Source of the DNA: an uncultured Candidatus Binatia bacterium
GTDB taxonomy: Bacteria > Desulfobacterota > Binatia > UBA9968 > JAJDTQ01
Assembly (NCBI GenBank): GCA_965213675.1
Contig: OZ243916.1
Location: 2,624,001-2,688,000 of the forward strand
Length of the DNA stretch: 64,000 bases
Reading direction: 5' to 3'
Of this stretch, positions 57,373 to 64,000 are shown in pieces. A program made the position numbers and the translations under genes. The notes under the pieces are model-generated. The model was not told the DNA's origin, made no database searches, and saw only the letters and a list, made by a program, of their open reading frames with translations. How positions within the stretch are numbered: the first letter of the stretch is position 1; each line of letters starts with the position of its first letter.

Positions 57373-58593
57373 TCAAACCACCCGCCACCAAGGCGTTGCC
57401 AGGACATCCGGGGCCAGCCATTCCGTGTTGTCTCCGGTGTGCAGCAGCAACCCCGCCCGGGCCCGACCGGGATACTCGGCTTGAAACGTCCGCAGATGCC
57501 GTGTGTCGCGGAGGCCGGGGCGGCGGCTTGCTTTGATTTCAATGGGCAAGAGGCCGTCGTCGGTTTCAACTACGAAGTCCACTTCTTCGCCTGCCGCGGT
57601 GCGCCAATGAAGGATTTCGGCCCGGGCGAGGCGGGCGTCGCGCCACACAAGCAGGTCGTTGAGCACCAGATTCTCAAGCCATGCGCCCGTAGGCTCGCCG
57701 CCCGCCAGATGCAGGGCAACGCCCGTGTCGCTCCAGTACAGCTTGGGAGCCTTCATTAACCGCTTGGTGCGGTTGACTGCATAGGCCGGCACGCGGACCA
57801 GCAGGCAAGACGTTTCCAAGAGGTTGAGATAGCGGTGCACCGTGGCCTGGGGCAAGGCCACGTCCCGCCCCAATTCCGTCTGGTTCACGGTCTGGCCGAT
57901 GCGGAGGCAAGCGGCGCGCATCAAGCGGCGGAAGGCCGGCAGCGCGGCCACAGAGGACAGTTGAAGCAGGTCACGTTCCAGGTACGTTCGCACGTAGCCG
58001 TCGAACCAGACGGCGCGCTCCTCGCCGGTTCCGAGATGTACCGCGGGATACGGAAAGCCGCCACGCCGTGCGAATGCCTGCCAACCTTCCGGGCCGGAGG
58101 CCGTGCCCTGCGTTACAATATCGGACCACGCCGCATCCGGGGCGGCAACCAGTTCTTCCCACATCCCGCAGGTGCCCAGGCCAAGCTGTTCGCGTCGCGA
58201 CATGGGCCACAGCGAGAGATAGCTGGCGCGTCCGGCCAAGGTTTCGGCGACCTGACGCATCAACAGCAGGTTCGCCGAACCTGTCAACAAAAAGTGCCCG
58301 GGACGGCGATGACGGTCGATCTCTCGCTTTACCGTGGCCAGAAGGTCCGGCACACGCTGCACCTCGTCCAAAGTGACCGGCGTCTTGCCGCCGACCAGCG
58401 CCAACGGATCGTGCCGGGCGGCGTCAAGCGCATCAAGGTCATCCAGCGAGACGTAGCGTCGCTTGCGGGGCGCCGATTCACCGGCCAGGGTGCTCTTGCC
58501 GGTCTGCCGCGCCCCCATGACCACGACCGCGGGCATGGTGCGGAGCCGTTGTTGGAGGGTGTGACCAACATGACGTGGAAGAAATCCATTCAT
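57373..58593 (-). CDS. AAA_14 ATPase with DUF4143 domain
   Basis: 'GARQTGKST', 'LDEVQ', 'LLTGSA', 'PKLYWSDTG', 'EVDFV...IEIK'. Confidence 0.88.
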   Translation of the reverse strand: MNGFLPRHVGHTLQQRLRTMPAVVVMGARQTGKSTLAGESAPRKRRYVSLDDLDALDAARHDPLALVGGKTPVTLDEVQRVPDLLATVKREIDRHRRPGHFLLTGSANLLLMRQVAETLAGRASYLSLWPMSRREQLGLGTCGMWEELVAAPDAAWSDIVTQGTASGPEGWQAFARRGGFPYPAVHLGTGEERAVWFDGYVRTYLERDLLQLSSVAALPAFRRLMRAACLRIGQTVNQTELGRDVALPQATVHRYLNLLETSCLLVRVPAYAVNRTKRLMKAPKLYWSDTGVALHLAGGEPTGAWLENLVLNDLLVWRDARLARAEILHWRTAAGEEVDFVVETDDGLLPIEIKASRRPGLRDTRHLRTFQAEYPGRARAGLLLHTGDNTEWLAPDVLATPWWRVV

Positions 58594-58761
58594 CCTATGG
58601 ATGATATCCATTCTTTGGCTGAATAGATACCCGGCGGAACACACTGATGGAGCCTCTTGTAGAAGCGGCCCTGACAGACCCGAATCCCCTTGACGCAGGT
58701 CGAGCAGAGACGATAAGGACCATAGGGCAAGGTAGGCGCAACCATTTGTTGGGAGCTTCCG

Positions 58762-59682
58762 ATGTCCAACGGGGCAGGTGCCGAAGCAGCAACCATAACG
58801 GGGCTTGGCCGCGTCGGCGGCGTGTTCGCCTCGGTCCGTGACTGGCTCGTCCGGTTTTCCGAAAACCGCATGGCCGTGGCGGGGTTCCTGTTCGTCTCCT
58901 TCGTCTTTATCGTGGCGGCCTTCGCGCCCCAGATCGCCTACTACGACCCCGACGAAGTGGACCTGACGGCGCGTTTGGTGCCGCTGTCCGCTGACCATCC
59001 CTTCGGCACGGACACATTCGGGCGCGACATCTTCTCACGCGTGGTCTACGGCGCCCGCATCTCGGTCATCGCCGGGCTCGGCTCCGTCACCTTGGCGCTG
59101 GCGGTGGGAGTGTTCCTGGGCGCGGTGTCCGGCTTCGCCGGAAGGGCCCTGGACAACGTGCTGATGCGGATCATGGACGCGGTGATGGCGTTCCCGGGAC
59201 TTCTCCTGGCCATCGCCCTTATGGCCGCGCTGGGGGCGTCCCTCACCAACGTGTGCATTGCCTTGGCCATTCGCTACACGCCCAATTTCGCCCGCTTGGT
59301 CCGGGCCTCGGTGCTCAAGGAGCGCGAGAAGGAATACGTGGAAGCGGCCATGGTGCAGGGGGAATCCGACCTTCGGGTACTGTTCCGACAGATCCTGCCC
59401 AACTGCATGGCTCCGTTGCTGGTGCAGGCGACCCTGGATTTCGCCCACGCCATCATCGCCGAGGCGTCCCTGAGCTTTCTGGGCATCGGCGTGCCGCCGC
59501 CCACCCCGAGCTGGGGCAGCATCCTGCACGCGGCACGCTCCATCATGGAGTTCTATCCCTGGGCCGCCATCTTCCCGGGGCTGGCCATCTGCTTTTCGGT
59601 GCTGGGCCTCAATCTTCTGGGGGACGGACTTCGCGACGTCCTGGACCCGCGTTTGAGCGAGGAGAGGTCCGGCAGTGCCTGA
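58762..59682 (+). CDS. Peptide/nickel-type ABC permease (DppC/OppC-like)
   Basis: 'HPFGTDTFGRDI', 'EASLSFLGIG', 'LLGDGLRDVLDPR'. Confidence 0.92.
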   Translation: MSNGAGAEAATITGLGRVGGVFASVRDWLVRFSENRMAVAGFLFVSFVFIVAAFAPQIAYYDPDEVDLTARLVPLSADHPFGTDTFGRDIFSRVVYGARISVIAGLGSVTLALAVGVFLGAVSGFAGRALDNVLMRIMDAVMAFPGLLLAIALMAALGASLTNVCIALAIRYTPNFARLVRASVLKEREKEYVEAAMVQGESDLRVLFRQILPNCMAPLLVQATLDFAHAIIAEASLSFLGIGVPPPTPSWGSILHAARSIMEFYPWAAIFPGLAICFSVLGLNLLGDGLRDVLDPRLSEERSGSA

Positions 59683-60643
59683 ACCGCTTCTGGACGTCCG
59701 GGACCTGGAAACCCGCTTCTTCCTCCGCAAGGGAGTCCTCACCGCTGTGGACCGGGTGTCGTTCCAACTGGAACAGGGGCAGACTCTGGGCATCGTGGGC
59801 GAAACCGGTTCGGGGAAGAGCGTGCTGGCGCTATCGCTCATGCGGCTCGTGCCGCAGCCGCCAGGCAGGATCACCCACGGGCAGATCCTGTTCAAGGGCG
59901 AGGACCTGCTGACCAAGACGGAACCGGAGATGCGCTCCTACCGCGGCAGCCGCATCTCCATGATTTTCCAGGAACCCATGGTGGCGTTGAACCCCGCCTA
60001 CACCGTCGGCGACCAGGTGGCGGAGGGGTACGTGATCCACGAGGGCGTACGCAAGAAGGAAGCCTACGAGCGCGCTGCCGAAATGCTCAACAAGGTGGGG
60101 ATCCCCAATCCCAAGGAACGGCTCAACAGCTATCCGCACGAATTCAGCGGCGGCATGCGCCAGCGCGTCATGATCGCCATCGCGCTGGCGTGCAACCCGG
60201 ACCTGCTGATCGCCGACGAGCCCACCACCGCCCTGGACGTGACCATCCAGGCACAGATCCTGGACCTGCTTCGGGAGTTGCTGGAGCAGTTGGGCAAGTC
60301 GCTGATCTTCATCACTCATGACTTGGGCGTAGCCGCGGTGCTGTGCGACCACATCGCGGTGATGTACGCCGGCAACATCGTGGAGCTGGCGGACCGGAAG
60401 TCCATCTTCGAAAACCCGCTCCACCCCTATACCCAGGGGCTCCTGCGGGCGCTGCCGCGCCGGGGCGAGCGCGAACGGCTGCTGGACCCCATACCGGGCG
60501 TGGTGTGCAACCTGCTGGACCCGCCCGCCGGTTGCAACTTCCGGCCCCGGTGCGACCAGGCCTTGGACGTGTGCGCGAGCGAAGATCCCCGCCTCGCCCT
60601 GGTCAAGAGCCGGCAGGTGGCCTGCCACCTCTACCCGGCTTGA
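59675..60643 (+). CDS. ABC ATP-binding protein (DppD/OppD-like)
   Basis: 'GETGSGKS', 'FSGGMRQR', 'DEPTTALD', oligo_HPY tail. Confidence 0.92.
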   Translation: MPEPLLDVRDLETRFFLRKGVLTAVDRVSFQLEQGQTLGIVGETGSGKSVLALSLMRLVPQPPGRITHGQILFKGEDLLTKTEPEMRSYRGSRISMIFQEPMVALNPAYTVGDQVAEGYVIHEGVRKKEAYERAAEMLNKVGIPNPKERLNSYPHEFSGGMRQRVMIAIALACNPDLLIADEPTTALDVTIQAQILDLLRELLEQLGKSLIFITHDLGVAAVLCDHIAVMYAGNIVELADRKSIFENPLHPYTQGLLRALPRRGERERLLDPIPGVVCNLLDPPAGCNFRPRCDQALDVCASEDPRLALVKSRQVACHLYPA

Positions 60644-60650
60644 GGACGTC

Positions 60651-61622
60651 ATGCGGGAAGAACTCCTCAGAGTCGACGATCTGGCGAAGTATTTTTCCAT
60701 GACTTCATTCTTCTCGCTCTTCGGCGGCAAGGGCGCGGAGCTCAAGGCGGTGGACGGAGTCAGCTTTTCCATCGACAAGGGCGAAACCTTCGGGTTGGTG
60801 GGTGAGAGCGGCAGCGGCAAGTCCACCACGGCCCGGCTGATCACGCGGCTGGTGGACGCCACACGGGGGAAGGTGCATTTCGAAGGGCAGGATCTCCTGG
60901 AGATGCCCCGATCCGCGTTCCACAAGTTCCGCCGCCGCATCCAGATGGTGTTTCAGGATCCCTACACGTCGCTGAACCCACGCATGCGGGTGCGGGACAT
61001 TCTCGGCAACCCGGTCAAGCTCCACAACATCGTCCCCACCAATCAGGTGGGAGACCGGGTGGTGGAACTTCTGGAGCTCGTGGGCCTCCAGGCGGAGCAC
61101 CGGGACCGCTACCCCCACGAGTTCAGCGGCGGACAGCGGCAGCGCATCAGCATCGCCCGGGCCATGGCGCTCGAGCCCGACCTGATCATCGCCGACGAGG
61201 CGGTGTCGGCCCTGGACGTTTCGGTGCGCGCCCAGATCCTCAACCTGTTCCGGCAACTGCAGCGGACCAAGGGGTTGACCTACCTGTTCATCGCACACGA
61301 CCTGAGCGTCGTGGACTATTTTTGTGAACGCGTCGCGGTCATGTACGGCGGCAAGATCGTCGAGGTGGGCGCGGTGGAGGAACTCTTCAACAAGCCGGCT
61401 CATCCATACACGGAAGCGCTGGTGTCGGCCATCCCCGAGCCCGACCCCAGCCGGGAGTTCCGGCCCCGCGTGCTGCACGGCGAGATGGTCAATCTGATCG
61501 ACCGGCCGCCGGGGTGCGTGTTTTATGGCCGCTGCCCCATCGCCGAGCCTGTGTGCGCCGAGGTGGAGCCGCCGCTGGAGCGTAAGTCGGGCGGGCGCCA
61601 GGTGGCCTGCCACCTGCGCTAG
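60651..61622 (+). CDS. ABC ATP-binding protein (DppF/OppF-like)
   Basis: 'GESGSGKST', 'FSGGQRQR', 'HPYT'. Confidence 0.92.
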   Translation: MREELLRVDDLAKYFSMTSFFSLFGGKGAELKAVDGVSFSIDKGETFGLVGESGSGKSTTARLITRLVDATRGKVHFEGQDLLEMPRSAFHKFRRRIQMVFQDPYTSLNPRMRVRDILGNPVKLHNIVPTNQVGDRVVELLELVGLQAEHRDRYPHEFSGGQRQRISIARAMALEPDLIIADEAVSALDVSVRAQILNLFRQLQRTKGLTYLFIAHDLSVVDYFCERVAVMYGGKIVEVGAVEELFNKPAHPYTEALVSAIPEPDPSREFRPRVLHGEMVNLIDRPPGCVFYGRCPIAEPVCAEVEPPLERKSGGRQVACHLR

Positions 61623-61636
61623 AAGGAAGAATCGCG

Positions 61637-62587
61637 GTGCGCCAGTACATCATCAACCGCCTGCTGGTCCTCATACCGGTGCTCTTCCTGGTGTCGGTGA
61701 TCGTCTTCTCCCTGCTGCACATGATCCCGGGAGACCCGATAGACTTCATCTTCGCCACGGAGGACCTCAGCGACCCGACCGTTCGTGCCGATTTCGAAAA
61801 GATCCTCGGCCTCGACAAGCCGCTGTACGTGCAGTACCTGTTGTGGATCGGCAAGGTCCTGCTGGGCGACTTCGGCGAGTCGATCCACTACCACCGGTCG
61901 AACCTGGAATTGATCGCGGAACGTTTCCCGGCGACCATCCTGCTGACCATATTCGCCACCATCGTCTCCATTCTGATCTCCATCCCCGCCGGGGTCATCG
62001 CGGCCATCCGGCGCAACACGGCCAGCGACTACACCGCCATGTCCTTCGCGTTGCTGGGCATCTCGATCCCGAACTTCTGGCTGGGTATCCTGCTGATTCT
62101 CGCCTTCAGCCTTTATTTGCCCATCCTGCCGGCGTCCGGGTACCAGGCCTCCTTCACGGCCCCCTTGACGACGTTGTCCTATCTGATCCTCCCCTCCATC
62201 ACCCTGGGCACGGGCATGGCCGCCATCGTCGCGCGCATGACCCGTTCGGAGATGCTGGAGGAAATCGGCAAGGAGTACGTGCGCACGGCGCGGGCCAAGG
62301 GTCTGGCCGAGCGGCGGGTGATCTTCAAGCATACGCTCAAGAACGCGCTGGTGCCGGTCATCACGGTCATCGGCCTCCAGTTCGGCCGGCTGCTCGGCGG
62401 CACCGTCATCGTCGAGCACGTGTTCGCCTGGCCCGGGGTGGGCAGCCTGGTGGTGGGGGCGGTCTACAGCCGCGACTATCCGCTGGTGCAGGCGCTCATC
62501 CTGGTTTTCGCGGTGATTTTCGTGACGGTGAACTTCTTCGTGGACATCCTGTACAAGTACGCCAACCCCAGGATCACGCTGGAATAG
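61637..62587 (+). CDS. ABC permease (DppB/OppB-like)
   Basis: 'IPGDP', 'YVRTARAKGL', 'RDYPLVQ'. Confidence 0.92.
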   Translation: MRQYIINRLLVLIPVLFLVSVIVFSLLHMIPGDPIDFIFATEDLSDPTVRADFEKILGLDKPLYVQYLLWIGKVLLGDFGESIHYHRSNLELIAERFPATILLTIFATIVSILISIPAGVIAAIRRNTASDYTAMSFALLGISIPNFWLGILLILAFSLYLPILPASGYQASFTAPLTTLSYLILPSITLGTGMAAIVARMTRSEMLEEIGKEYVRTARAKGLAERRVIFKHTLKNALVPVITVIGLQFGRLLGGTVIVEHVFAWPGVGSLVVGAVYSRDYPLVQALILVFAVIFVTVNFFVDILYKYANPRITLE

Positions 62588-62679
62588 GTCGAACAAGGAA
62601 GTTGACCTCAAGGGTCGGAATGTGTGATGTGACTTTTTGGATGAAGGGCAACTTGGGAAACAAACAAGGAGGAGCAAGC

Positions 62680-64000
62680 ATGAGTACGAGACTATCGCTT
62701 TCGTTGGCCGCCCTGTTGCTGGCCTTCGGCTTGACCGTGCCCAACCACGCGGCTGCCCAGAAGTACGGCGGCACTCTGACCCTCGGCATGTACGCCGATC
62801 TGCATACCCCGGACCTGCACCGCACCGTCGGCAACCCCACAGCACAGATGGGCATTCTCGTGGCGGAGAGCCTGGTGGACTATGACGAGAAGTGCGACAT
62901 CGCGCCCGGGCTGGCCGAATCCTGGGACGTTACGGACGACGGCAAGGCGTACACCTTCAACCTGCGCAAGGGCGTCATGTTCCACAACGGCAAGGAGTTG
63001 ACCGCCGAGGATGTCAAGAAGAACTACGCGCATTTCCTGGACAAGAAGACCAAGTCCCCGCGGCGCGGCAACTTCAACTCCATCAAGGGGATGGAAGTCC
63101 TCGACAAGTACCGGATCAAGTTCACCCTCGCCAAGCCGGATAACGGCTTTCTGGTAAAGTTCCGTCCGCTGGTGGCGTTCATCACCCACTCGGACAGCTT
63201 CGAGTCCAAGCCGCCCAAGCCCATCGGCACGGGCGCGTTCGAATTCGTGGAGTGGCAGCCCAAGCAGCACGTGAAGCTGAAACGGTTCAAGAACTACTGG
63301 AAGAAGGACGCCAAGGGGAATCAGCTCCCCTTCGTGGACGAGGTCGTCATGCGGCCGATCCTGGACGACACCGTGCGCTACACCTCCCTGAGGGCCGACG
63401 ACCTCGACTGGGTGTGGACGGTGCCGTTCGAGCAGGCGCAGCCGATCAAGGCGAAGCCGCCCAAGGGAGTCACTCCTTCGTTCAAGCCCGGCGCGCGCTG
63501 GTTCTACCTGAACCTCAACCTGAACAAGGGTCCCCTCAAGGACGTCCGGGTACGCCAGGCCATCGCATACGCCATCGACAAACAGTCGCTGATGGACGGC
63601 ATCACCTGGGGTATCGCTTCAGCGGAGGCGCAGCCGTACTATCCCGGTTCCACGTGGCACTTCAAGGACGTCCCGGACCCCTACAAGGAAGGGAATCTGG
63701 ACAAGGCCCGCGAGTTGCTGAAGGCGGCGGGACACGAAAAGGGCTTGGACCTGGTGACCATCGTCCGAAACGAGACCGTCATCCTGAACCTGGCAACCCT
63801 CGCGCAGGCGCAGCTCAAGAAGGTCGGCGTCAACCTGAAGTTCCAGGTGATGGACCGCGCGGCGCATACCAAGAGGCAGCGGGCGAACGATTTCGACGTG
63901 AACCCCGGCCATCTCACCTACGTTCCGGACCCGGACGGCCTGTACTACCGGTTCTTCCGCGCGGGTCAGAGGAACAACTACGCCAAGTGGGACAACGCCG
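62680..64000 (+). CDS. Family-5 ABC substrate-binding protein (runs off window end)
   Basis: AAGGAGG RBS, signal peptide, 'KYGGTL', 'YTFNLRKGV.FHNG', 'PIGTGAF'. Confidence 0.9.
   Translation, partial: MSTRLSLSLAALLLAFGLTVPNHAAAQKYGGTLTLGMYADLHTPDLHRTVGNPTAQMGILVAESLVDYDEKCDIAPGLAESWDVTDDGKAYTFNLRKGVMFHNGKELTAEDVKKNYAHFLDKKTKSPRRGNFNSIKGMEVLDKYRIKFTLAKPDNGFLVKFRPLVAFITHSDSFESKPPKPIGTGAFEFVEWQPKQHVKLKRFKNYWKKDAKGNQLPFVDEVVMRPILDDTVRYTSLRADDLDWVWTVPFEQAQPIKAKPPKGVTPSFKPGARWFYLNLNLNKGPLKDVRVRQAIAYAIDKQSLMDGITWGIASAEAQPYYPGSTWHFKDVPDPYKEGNLDKARELLKAAGHEKGLDLVTIVRNETVILNLATLAQAQLKKVGVNLKFQVMDRAAHTKRQRANDFDVNPGHLTYVPDPDGLYYRFFRAGQRNNYAKWDNA

Noticed and set aside
1-64000. tRNA/rRNA genes, integron attC arrays, retron or DGR reverse transcriptase
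   Set aside because: No cloverleaf or rRNA signatures, intact integrase or RT motifs seen by eye; tRNAscan-SE and Infernal would be needed to exclude them formally.

Overview
GC-rich bacterial window. The many amidohydrolase_2 paralogues, alpha/beta hydrolases, GTAG-type REPs and small TA modules resemble Binatia/'Deltaproteobacteria'-like, possibly host-associated genomes, but this taxonomy is inference only. The backbone carries catabolic and transport genes: MFS, ThDP enzyme, BoxB-like diiron protein, CCG Fe-S protein, five amidohydrolases, pgi, amidase, pstSCAB with Pho boxes, arsR-aquaporin-arsC, glycerate kinase, three tandem hydrolases and a Dpp/Opp ABC system. Many genes are internally deleted or chimeric remnants. 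A visibly less GC-rich accessory island at about 21.5-33.5 kb holds four things. (i) A promoter, a two-hairpin small RNA with terminator, and a NYN RNase with an apparent ATC start. (ii) An HNH remnant and nested IS3/IS1182 elements. (iii) An XRE + ImmA/IrrE switch with a divergent microprotein operon (38-aa basic peptide split by an IS, 49-aa Zn ribbon). (iv) A tightly coupled operon of PAPS-reductase-like protein, SF2 helicase, GHKL ATPase and PLD nuclease, cut at its 3' end by an IS. Items (i), (iii) and (iv) are the best candidates for undescribed defence or stress systems. No rRNA, tRNA or CRISPR array was seen.
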